Positions 56,129-64,000 of a stretch of DNA of 64,000 nt are shown in pieces. Location: positions 271 through 64,270 of the forward strand of contig JBIKWL010000007.1 of the NCBI GenBank assembly GCA_044356335.1. The letters are read 5' to 3'. Each line of letters begins with the position of its first letter. Positions within the stretch are counted from its first letter, which is position 1. The notes under the pieces were generated by a model. That model saw only the letters and a program-made list of their open reading frames with translations. It was not told the DNA's origin and searched no databases. Made by a program: the position numbers and the translations under genes. This DNA is from Candidatus Sericytochromatia bacterium. Lineage in GTDB: Bacteria > Cyanobacteriota > Sericytochromatia > UBA7694.

Positions 56129-57052
56129 CTATTTCCCCAGCAACGCCGCTCCCCGTAGCGCCAGTGCCCGCCAAGCCAAATCGCTGCAACGGCTGGCCCG
56201 AAAGAGATCCCAGAGCACGGCCCAACTGAGATCCGGGGAGCCGTAGAGGTAAACCGGCCGCCACCAGGGCCGAAATTTGGCCTTAAATTTAAACAGCCCT
56301 TCTGCGGAATAGACGGGATCCAAGCTGCGACCGGCCTGTTGCAAAAGAGACTCTTTGAGGTTTTGGGGCGGAAGCAGGGGATAAAAGGGCACCTCACCCA
56401 AGCTCCAGCAGGCAAACCCTTCAGTTTGCAAGCGCAGAAAAACGGCTTCGAGCAAAGCCGCCATCATGCCCTCAGGGGCATCGGGTCTGCGCAACATTTG
56501 CTCAGTGTGCCAAGTTTGTTGCCCCGAACGGCTCAGGCTGATCAGACCCAACAATTGGCCTGTATCAGACTCAAAGCCCATCAGCCTGAGCGGAGCTTTG
56601 CCAGAGTGCCGGTAGAGATGCCTGAGTTGGACGGGGTAACGTGCAAAGACCCTCTCACAGAGCCGTCTTGTCTGTGTTTGAGCGCTGCTTGATAATGGGG
56701 AGATTTCTATCACACGCCCGTGGCGGTTGCCTCTACGAATCAATGCCCGGATTTTTTTGCGCTCAAAATGATCTCCCTGCAAATCCAGCAGGGCTTCGCG
56801 GCCCGAACAGAGACTTTGACCTGACTGCTTTTGTTTTAAAGCTCTGATCAAAGCAGGTGGGCAGCCACGCAAGACAAAGCCCGCTGGGGCCTGCTGAGAC
56901 AGGATTTGCACCAAATCTTGGAGCGAAGCTGTGGCATGGGGGGGGAGATCTGCAAAAGGCAACCACAGGCGTTTGGCATTTGGCAAAAGAATGCGCTCAA
57001 AGACAGGTTCTGGTCGTTCTTGGGCCGGGGCCATGATCCAACTGAGGGGCAA
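56129..57052 (-). CDS. Standalone DUF2156 (lysyl-phosphatidylglycerol synthase C-domain-like) protein
   Basis: The C-terminal '..KFKAKFRPWWRPVYLY' resembles the MprF synthase-domain 'FKxKFxPxWxPxYL' motif. No TM flippase domain is present. Confidence 0.45.
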   Translation of the reverse strand: MPLSWIMAPAQERPEPVFERILLPNAKRLWLPFADLPPHATASLQDLVQILSQQAPAGFVLRGCPPALIRALKQKQSGQSLCSGREALLDLQGDHFERKKIRALIRRGNRHGRVIEISPLSSSAQTQTRRLCERVFARYPVQLRHLYRHSGKAPLRLMGFESDTGQLLGLISLSRSGQQTWHTEQMLRRPDAPEGMMAALLEAVFLRLQTEGFACWSLGEVPFYPLLPPQNLKESLLQQAGRSLDPVYSAEGLFKFKAKFRPWWRPVYLYGSPDLSWAVLWDLFRASRCSDLAWRALALRGAALLGK

Positions 57053-57114
57053 AAAAGCGCAATCAGGATCTCTTTCGGAGTGCCAAATGCGCTCTTGAAA
57101 AGACTGAACGTGGG

Positions 57115-58470
57115 TCAGACCATCTCCCTTTCGACCACAGACACCAATTGTTGAACCACTGATTCAACCTGCTCCAGGCTGCGGCCTTCGGCCATGACCC
57201 GAATTTTGGGTTCGGTGCCCGAAGCGCGCACCAAGATTCGGCCCTCTTGGCCCATTTCAGCTTCGCAGGTGGCAATCGCGGCCTTGAGCGCAGCATTGTC
57301 TTGCCAGGAGCGGTGGGCCTCTGGCGAAACCACGACATTTTTGAGCAATTGGGGATAGCTGGGTACGTCTTCAAGCAGGGTTTCCCAACTCTGGCCACTG
57401 AGTTTCCAGGCGCAGAGCAATTGCAAAGCCGTCAGCAGGCCATCGCCAGTGATCTGGTGTTGCAAAAAGATCACGTGGCCCGATTGTTCACCCCCGAGTA
57501 GCAATTGCTCAGCCCGCATGGTTTCGAGTACGTAGCGGTCACCCACCTGGGTGCGCAACAGGTTTTTTCCCTGTTTTTCGAGGGCTTTTTCAAAACCCAG
57601 ATTGCTCATCACCGTCGCCACAACCTGCTTTTGGCCCTGCAAATCTGGCAAAAAGCGCGAACAGAAATAGAGGATTTTATCCCCATCTAATTCTGCGCCA
57701 TTGGGCGTAACAGCCAGGCAGCGGTCACCATCGCCATCAAAGGCAATGCCCAGATCATAGTCGCCATTTTTGAGGGCGGTTTTGAGCGGTTCCAGATGGG
57801 TCGAGCCACAGCCCTCGTTGATATTCAGCCCATCGGGTTGGTTGTGGATCACCGTCACATGCAGACCCAGATGTTGGAATAAGATGGGAGCCAAGTGGCA
57901 TGTGGCCCCGTGGGCGGTATCGAGCAAAACGCGCACGCCTTTGAGGGACACAGGCGCCGTCACAGTCAAGGCATCGATATACGGTTTAAGCGTGAGTGGC
58001 GTGGTTTGAGCCAAACTGCCCAAAGCAGCCCCCACCGGGCGGGCGGCATCGATGGCCGCATTGTCTTCCAAGAGCGCTTCAATCGCATGTTCCCGTTCGT
58101 CGCTCAGTTTTTCTCCTAAGCCATTAAAGAACTTAAGGCCATTGTCGGGCGCGGGATTGTGGGAAGCCGAGATCATGACACCACCGACTGCTTCGCCCTC
58201 CCGAACGAGCCAGGCCACAGCTGGGGTGGGAACAACGCCCAAGAGTTCGACTTGGCAACCCACGGAGGTAAAACCCGCCACCATCGCCGCTTCGAGCATA
58301 TCTCCCGAGCGCCGGGTATCTTTGCCAATCAAAACCAGCGGCGGATTCTGCTCAGAGGGTTGCTCAGGCAGAGTTAAAATAAAAGCCTGGGCCAATTTTA
58401 AGGCCAATTCTGGTGTCAAGTCCCGATTAGCGACACCCCGCACACCGTCTGTGCCAAAATAATGCCTCAT
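57115..58470 (-). CDS. glmM: Phosphoglucosamine mutase
   Basis: 'YFGTDGVRGVAN' N-terminus and phosphoserine-loop 'ISASHNPAPDNG'. Confidence 0.9.
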   Translation of the reverse strand: MRHYFGTDGVRGVANRDLTPELALKLAQAFILTLPEQPSEQNPPLVLIGKDTRRSGDMLEAAMVAGFTSVGCQVELLGVVPTPAVAWLVREGEAVGGVMISASHNPAPDNGLKFFNGLGEKLSDEREHAIEALLEDNAAIDAARPVGAALGSLAQTTPLTLKPYIDALTVTAPVSLKGVRVLLDTAHGATCHLAPILFQHLGLHVTVIHNQPDGLNINEGCGSTHLEPLKTALKNGDYDLGIAFDGDGDRCLAVTPNGAELDGDKILYFCSRFLPDLQGQKQVVATVMSNLGFEKALEKQGKNLLRTQVGDRYVLETMRAEQLLLGGEQSGHVIFLQHQITGDGLLTALQLLCAWKLSGQSWETLLEDVPSYPQLLKNVVVSPEAHRSWQDNAALKAAIATCEAEMGQEGRILVRASGTEPKIRVMAEGRSLEQVESVVQQLVSVVEREMV

Positions 58471-59102
58471 GGTTGGTTTTTTTCTTTCATCCGCGAGATC
58501 TCTTTGTCGATTTCAATCGCTTCGATCGACGATTTGAGTTTGGCCTCGCGGGCGGTTTCTTCCATGGCTTCGCGCTGTTGCCGCAATTCAGCTTCAACGC
58601 GGAGACGTTGCTGTTCAATTTTGCCTAGGCGCTCTTCGGCTTTGAGGAATTGCTGTTCGGCTTTTTGGATTTGAGATTTTAAGACGTCATATTCTGCTTG
58701 CAGTGGATCTGGTTTTTTATCTTGGGCCTTTTTTTCGTCATTTTCATTGCCAGAATTTTGGGCAGAACTTGAAGAGTGATCTGCTTCTGGCTCTGCTTGA
58801 GCAGGCTCAGATTCAAGACCATCATGGGCTGCGGCTTCAGCCTGCAGGCGTGTGGCCGAAACGGCGGGCAATTTCAGGGTCGCGCCAATCAGGGGGACAT
58901 TTTCTTTTTTCAGGCGAATAAAACAGATATCCCGCAGGTCAAAGAGCATTTCGTCGAAGCTGGTGGATAAATGAAACAGGCCAATAGCGGCGTCGAGTTT
59001 GGCGTCCATGGCCTGTTTCATAAAGCGCAGGGCCGTTTCGCGATCTTCAAGCGGGACGATCACGCCCTGACCATTGTTAAACAATACTTCCAATTCAATC
59101 AT
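58467..59102 (-). CDS. Hypothetical coiled-coil protein
   Basis: A charged C-terminal heptad-rich region. It overlaps the glmM start (ATGA). Confidence 0.4.
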   Translation of the reverse strand: MIELEVLFNNGQGVIVPLEDRETALRFMKQAMDAKLDAAIGLFHLSTSFDEMLFDLRDICFIRLKKENVPLIGATLKLPAVSATRLQAEAAAHDGLESEPAQAEPEADHSSSSAQNSGNENDEKKAQDKKPDPLQAEYDVLKSQIQKAEQQFLKAEERLGKIEQQRLRVEAELRQQREAMEETAREAKLKSSIEAIEIDKEISRMKEKNQP

Positions 59103-59126
59103 GTTACTTCTCCTTATCTGCGGTTT

Positions 59127-61115
59127 TTAGCTGACGCGTGCACCAGGTGCGACGTCGTCGAGCAAGGTTAAAATGCTAAACTGGGTTTCGTTTTTGGCTG
59201 CCAACAACATGCCCCGTGATTCCAGACCACGCAATTTGGCGGGTTTGAGATTGGCCACAACGATCACTTTTTTTCCGAGCAATTGCTCAGGGCTATAATA
59301 GGCGGCAATACCCGCCACAATCTGGCGCTGTTCGCCCCCAAGATCGACAATCAAGCGCATCAATTTGTCGGTCTTGGGCACACGTTCGGCTTCTTGGATT
59401 TGGGCCACGCGCAATTCCACTTTGGCAAAGTCTTCAATCCCAATCAGGAGATTAGCGCCATTTTCGTCTGCATTCACAGCAGGCGGCGTGGTTGCGGGAG
59501 ATGCGACAGGCGCTGTGGGCGCGGCGTCAGGGGATGTTGTGGGGGTTTCGGTTGGGGCTTCAGTCTGCATTTTTTCTTCCTCAGTTTTAAATTCTTGGCG
59601 GGGAAACAAGACCCGGGGTTCGTTGGTTTGTGTGCCGGGGGGCAAAATACCCCATTCGAGCTTGAGGGCACTGGGTTCGAGCCCGAGTTGATCGAGCAAA
59701 TCTGCGATTTTGCCCGGAATGACAGGGGCCAGCAAGGCCGCTGCCAATCTAAAAATTTCTAGCACATGCCAGAGGATGGTGCCCGTGCGGGGCAGATCCG
59801 TTTTGGCTGTTTTCCAGGGAGCCGTCTGTTCCATATATTTATTGGCCCTGCGTACCAATTGCAGGGTTTCTTCAAGGGCTGCGTGTAATTTAAAGTCATG
59901 CACCAGCGCTTTGACATTGACAATGGTCTGCTGACCCAAAGCCTCAATTTCGATTTCAAGCTCGCCTTTCTCACCTGGGCTTGGGATCACCCCCGCAAAA
60001 TTGCGTTTGAGCAGATTGAGTGTGCGGTTGAGTAAATTGCCGAAATCGTTGGCCAGATCGCTGTTGATGCGCTCCACCAGGGCTTTTTCACTGAAATTGC
60101 TATCAAGGCCCAGGGTCATATCGCGGATCAAGAAATAGCGGAAGGCATCGACGCCATATTTGTCCATCAAATCCAGGGGTTTGACCACATTGCCTTTGGA
60201 TTTGCTCATCTTGGCAGAGTCCAACAGCCACCAACCGTGGGCCAAAATGGTCTTGGGCTGGGTGTAACCCGCCGCTTCTAACATCGTGGTCCAATAGACA
60301 CAGTGGGTGGTGAGAATGTCTTTGCCAATTAAATGCAAAGATTCTGGCCACCATTTTTGCAGCTCAGCTTCACCGCCTCTGTCGAGATGGACGGAGATAT
60401 AGTTGATCAAGGCATCGAACCAGACATAAGTCACATAGTCTTTGTCAAAAGGCAGTTCAATCCCCCAACTTAGGCGTGACTTGGGCCGGGAAATACACAG
60501 ATCACCCAGTGGTTGGCGCAAAAAACCCAAGATTTCGTTTTTGCGGCTTTCAGGGCGAATAAAATCGGGGTGGCTCTCAATATGTGCGATCAGCCAGTCT
60601 TGGTAGGCGCTCATTTTAAAGAAATAATTCTTCTCTTTAATAAAGCTGATCTCAGGGCTGTCTTTGGTATAGCCTTTTTCTTCGATCTCTTTGTCCGTCA
60701 AAAAACGCTCTTCGGAGACCTCGTACCAGCCTTCATAGGTGGCATCGTAGATCAGACCTTTGTCCCAAATCCGCTGCAAAATGTCGGTTACAACCGCTTT
60801 GTGGCGGGGTTCGGTGGTGCGCACAAAATCGTCAGGAACGATGCCCATTTTCTCCCAGAGCGCCTGAAAACGCGGGGCCATGCGGTCACAATGTTCTTGG
60901 GGGGTGATGCCCAGTTTATCTGCGGCCTGTTGTACTTTTTGGCCGTGTTCATCCAAACCTGTCAGGAAAAACGTTTCTTCTCCCATGATGCGGTGATAGC
61001 CTCTGAGTACATCGGCCAAGGTGGTGGTATAAGCGTGGCCAATATGGGCCTCGTCGTTGACATAATAAATCGGGGTAGTGACATAAAAACGGGAGGGGGG
61101 GGTGGGTTCATTCAT
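59127..61115 (-). CDS. metG: Methionine--tRNA ligase with C-terminal tRNA-binding (EMAP-like) domain
   Basis: 'PIYYVNDEAHIGHAYTT' is the HIGH motif and 'KMSKSKGN' the KMSKS motif. A C-terminal OB-fold tRNA-binding domain follows. Confidence 0.9.
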   Translation of the reverse strand: MNEPTPPSRFYVTTPIYYVNDEAHIGHAYTTTLADVLRGYHRIMGEETFFLTGLDEHGQKVQQAADKLGITPQEHCDRMAPRFQALWEKMGIVPDDFVRTTEPRHKAVVTDILQRIWDKGLIYDATYEGWYEVSEERFLTDKEIEEKGYTKDSPEISFIKEKNYFFKMSAYQDWLIAHIESHPDFIRPESRKNEILGFLRQPLGDLCISRPKSRLSWGIELPFDKDYVTYVWFDALINYISVHLDRGGEAELQKWWPESLHLIGKDILTTHCVYWTTMLEAAGYTQPKTILAHGWWLLDSAKMSKSKGNVVKPLDLMDKYGVDAFRYFLIRDMTLGLDSNFSEKALVERINSDLANDFGNLLNRTLNLLKRNFAGVIPSPGEKGELEIEIEALGQQTIVNVKALVHDFKLHAALEETLQLVRRANKYMEQTAPWKTAKTDLPRTGTILWHVLEIFRLAAALLAPVIPGKIADLLDQLGLEPSALKLEWGILPPGTQTNEPRVLFPRQEFKTEEEKMQTEAPTETPTTSPDAAPTAPVASPATTPPAVNADENGANLLIGIEDFAKVELRVAQIQEAERVPKTDKLMRLIVDLGGEQRQIVAGIAAYYSPEQLLGKKVIVVANLKPAKLRGLESRGMLLAAKNETQFSILTLLDDVAPGARVS

Positions 61116-61180
61116 GGTTTTGAAATGGGGCTGCCTTCCTGCAAGATCCTGCTGACATTATACCGGCCACGGGTGATATA

Positions 61181-62098
61181 GTGGGAGGGAATCTCAATCT
61201 GGAGTGTCGTTTGATGCGTCTATTGCCTCTCTTTTTGACTTTTTCACTGCTGTCTACTGGGGCCACTTTGGCAACTCCCGTTCAAACGCCTGCCAAAACC
61301 ACGCGCTATTGTAATGCCAAATACGATTATTGCTTAAGTGTGCCGCTTTTTTTAATTCCCCAGGGTGAACCTCCCGCCCATGATGGCCAGGTCTTTCTCT
61401 CGGAAGATAAACAAGCAGAATTGCGGGTTTGGGGTCAATGGGATGTACTCGGTCAAAATTTGCAAGATTCACTCAAATCAGCGGGCAAAGGCAAAAAGGT
61501 TACTTATCAAAAGCTACTCAAAAATGGCTATGTTTTATCTGGCTTCAGTGGCAAAGAGATCTTTTATCAAAAATCCATTCTAGAAGCAGGCCGTTACCGC
61601 CATCTGTCCCTTCGCTATCCTGTGCAAGCCAAAGCCGAATTTGATCAACTCATTCCAGAAGTGCTCAAGTCCTTTGTGGGGGATGAAACCCCTGCCTGGG
61701 CTGGGCTCTGGAAATTTGCCGAAAAAGATCCCAAACAGAGCCATTATTTGCTGCTCAAAGGCAGTGAAGCCAATCCCAAGGGGATCTATACAGGCAGTGA
61801 ATCGGATGAATACCTCTTTTATATCAAAGTGGGGGTATCTCAATTGCAGATCTCTCCCGAAGGCCAAATTCGCTTCAAACTCGGGCCGCGTCACTTGTTT
61901 CAAACCCCTCAAAATCCCCAAACCCCGCCCATGATCAAGGCGCCTCTGAGTTCTGGCATGACAGGTGTTGAGTGGCTTTATCAGGGGCAAATTAAAGGCG
62001 ATACCCTGACCTTATCCTGCAAAGTCGGAGACAAAGGCCTTCCCGGCATCGACTTCTGTTGGTTGCCACAAATGACCTTTGTCCGGGTCAAATCATAA
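61181..62098 (+). CDS. Secreted hypothetical protein
   Basis: Signal peptide (likely start MRLLPLFLTFSLL). No motif recognised. Confidence 0.45.
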   Translation: MGGNLNLECRLMRLLPLFLTFSLLSTGATLATPVQTPAKTTRYCNAKYDYCLSVPLFLIPQGEPPAHDGQVFLSEDKQAELRVWGQWDVLGQNLQDSLKSAGKGKKVTYQKLLKNGYVLSGFSGKEIFYQKSILEAGRYRHLSLRYPVQAKAEFDQLIPEVLKSFVGDETPAWAGLWKFAEKDPKQSHYLLLKGSEANPKGIYTGSESDEYLFYIKVGVSQLQISPEGQIRFKLGPRHLFQTPQNPQTPPMIKAPLSSGMTGVEWLYQGQIKGDTLTLSCKVGDKGLPGIDFCWLPQMTFVRVKS

Positions 62099-62172
62099 AC
62101 ACAGAAATACCTTTCAACGCCACACCGACTTAAAGGTGATTGAAATCGGGGGATTCTTGATTTGACAAAAAA

Positions 62173-62964
62173 GTGAATGTAGTTCACAATTTAAATATGA
62201 TTCAAAAAAATAGCTCTCAACGCATCGAACGCAAACGCGAACAACGGCTTCAATCGCTCTTACAGGCGGCATTTGAGCTGGTGATGGAAGAGGGACTGGC
62301 CGGTTTGACCATGCAAAAATTGGCAGATCGTCAGGACTCTGCGGTGGGTGGCTTGTACCGCTATTTCAAATCCAAAGATGCGCTGTTGGCCGCTTTGCAA
62401 CGCCAAGTCTTGAGCGATTTTGCCTCAGTGATTCAAGCAGCGGATCTGTGTTTTCTGCAACAAGCAAAAATCCAAACCAATCTGTCAGAGCGTTCTGAAG
62501 TTTTGGCCCGTCTGCTTTTGGCCTCTGAGGTCTATTTTCATTTGCCCAAAATCTGCCCCCAGCGCTTTCGCCTGCTTTACGAAATGAGCATCAGTCCAGA
62601 GCCTTTATTGGGTTTGCAAGAGGGCTTTCAGGTGTTACAAGTCGCATTGCCTTTGTTTAAACACCTCGAAAGTCGTTTTGACCACGCCGCTCGGATTCAG
62701 GCTTTAAAGTCAGGTGCAGCCAGTCAAAGAGCCATACTCTATTGGTCTTCGCTTCAAGGCCTTTTGCCACTTGAAAAACTGACCCGCTTTGTGCCCCTCT
62801 ATGATTTGCCCAAGCTGCGGGTCGAACTTGAAAATACCCTTTTGCTGGGCATGGGAGCGCACTCAGAGGACCTAAAACAGGCCCGCATAAATCTGAAAAC
62901 GTTTGTGGTCCAGTCTGAATATCTCTATTTGTTTGAATCGCTTTTAGAAAGGAAATTGCCATGA
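62173..62964 (+). CDS. TetR/AcrR-family transcriptional regulator
   Basis: N-terminal HTH 'GLAGLTMQKLADRQDSAVGGLYRYFKSKDALL'. Confidence 0.7.
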   Translation: MNVVHNLNMIQKNSSQRIERKREQRLQSLLQAAFELVMEEGLAGLTMQKLADRQDSAVGGLYRYFKSKDALLAALQRQVLSDFASVIQAADLCFLQQAKIQTNLSERSEVLARLLLASEVYFHLPKICPQRFRLLYEMSISPEPLLGLQEGFQVLQVALPLFKHLESRFDHAARIQALKSGAASQRAILYWSSLQGLLPLEKLTRFVPLYDLPKLRVELENTLLLGMGAHSEDLKQARINLKTFVVQSEYLYLFESLLERKLP

Positions 62965-63563
62965 TTCTCTCACTCTCTCTCAGTCTGCTGGCAGGTGTCA
63001 TCAGTTGGAGTTTTGCCGAATATGCCCTGCACAACTGGGTGGGCCATGTCGCCAAGGGCAAAAATGAATTTTCCCGCGAGCATTTGCGCCACCATGCGCA
63101 AAAAGACTATTTTGCCCCCACCTTCAAAAAATGGCTTTTGGCTCTGCCCGTTTTGCTCGGCGCAGGCTTTTTAGCTCAGCTTTTTGCGGGTCCTATCTGG
63201 GGAGGTGTTTATGCTTTGGGCTTTGGGCTCACCTGGCTGGGGTACGAACAATTGCATTACCGCTTGCACACAGTTCCGCCCCGTGGCCCGCTCAGCCGCT
63301 TTTTGCGCCTCCATCACTTTGCCCACCATTTTCAGAATCCCCACAAAAACCACGGTGTAACGTCTCCCCTCTGGGATTGGATCTTTGGCAGTTTTATGGC
63401 TGTTAAAGGGCCTTTGATCGTGCCCCGCAGCCATGCGATGGATTGGCTATTCAATGCCGAGGGCGAGATCAAAGCTGAATACCTTGCTGATTACCAAATA
63501 AAGACCTATGCCCGTCAATTGTCAGCAGAACACAGGCTCAAACAAAGTCAAAACCCGGCTTAA
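62961..63563 (+). CDS. Fatty-acid hydroxylase/sterol desaturase superfamily membrane protein
   Basis: His boxes 'HNWVGH', 'HLRHHAQ' and 'LHHFAHH'. ATGA overlap with the TetR gene. Confidence 0.6.
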   Translation: MILSLSLSLLAGVISWSFAEYALHNWVGHVAKGKNEFSREHLRHHAQKDYFAPTFKKWLLALPVLLGAGFLAQLFAGPIWGGVYALGFGLTWLGYEQLHYRLHTVPPRGPLSRFLRLHHFAHHFQNPHKNHGVTSPLWDWIFGSFMAVKGPLIVPRSHAMDWLFNAEGEIKAEYLADYQIKTYARQLSAEHRLKQSQNPA

Positions 63564-63605
63564 CTGCCGGGTTATGGAGCTGAATTGACTGTCAGAGCGG
63601 GTGAG

Positions 63606-63980
63606 TTAGGGCTTTAATAAGGGCTGCATTTTCTCTTGGTCGCTGCCTTTGAGTGCGCTGATTGCGCCACCACCCACAAAGGTTACTGCGGCTCCGCCAG
63701 CCAGCAAAGGGGCAATCGCCATACCAGACATAACCATGCCCAAGGCATTGTCACCTTGGCCAATGGCACCACCGACGATAACCAGCCCGACGGCAGCGGC
63801 TGTCAGAGCCAAAGCGCCTTTGGTGCCCCAATTCATGCCACCTTCCATAAAGGTGTTCTTTTCATTGTCGACTGCTTTAACATTGGCCAAAACCGAACCT
63901 TTGTCGGTATGTAATTGCACAAAAGGCATATCGCCTTTTTTCTGTAGGGCTTTGATATCCAAGCCATCGCCTTGAAGCAC
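63606..63980 (-). CDS. Glycine-zipper membrane protein (Rick_17kDa/Gly-zipper-like); N-terminal extent uncertain
   Basis: 'GAIGQGDNALGMVMSGMAIAPLLAGGAAVTFVGGGAI' has a GxxxG periodicity. The ORF start lies near the window end. Confidence 0.4.
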   Translation of the reverse strand: MLQGDGLDIKALQKKGDMPFVQLHTDKGSVLANVKAVDNEKNTFMEGGMNWGTKGALALTAAAVGLVIVGGAIGQGDNALGMVMSGMAIAPLLAGGAAVTFVGGGAISALKGSDQEKMQPLLKP

Positions 63981-64000
63981 ATAATTTTTACCATCGGCCT

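Overview
Bacterial chromosomal window, Gram-negative by its gene content (MltA, lipoproteins, secreted L,D-transpeptidases). I see about 50 protein-coding genes and no rRNA, tRNA, CRISPR or transposase/integrase. The composition is visibly heterogeneous. The first ~22 kb is AT-rich (about 40% GC from spot counts). Most of the remainder is GC-rich (about 53-58% in the three lines spot-counted) and includes housekeeping genes: serC-aroA-aroC, radA, murA, glmM and metG. The AT-rich block is unusual. It packs a eukaryotic-like Ser/Thr signalling set (two Hanks kinases, one with a C-terminal YARHG domain; a PP2C phosphatase; three FHA-domain proteins including an FHA-ABC exporter fusion) tightly with peptidoglycan-remodelling enzymes: two L,D-transpeptidases, two M14 murein-peptide-amidase-like peptidases, an Amidase_2, two class-A beta-lactamase-like proteins, a CE4 deacetylase and an M48 peptidase. 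The same block carries a DarT-like (DUF4433) ADP-ribosyltransferase gene overlapping a partner ORF that lacks a recognisable macrodomain, next to a secreted SNase-type nuclease. The GC-rich part contains a 1421-aa cytoplasmic protein with GspE-N-like (T2SSE_N) segments plus YVTN and NHL beta-propellers. It also contains several short tandem-repeat arrays (12-bp units in an intergenic region, AAGN and poly-Gly coding repeats in a lipoprotein), MltA, two paralogous RCK potassium channels plus a Kef antiporter, an AGCS symporter, and three clear rho-independent terminators. All calls rest on motif recognition by eye; no database searches were run.
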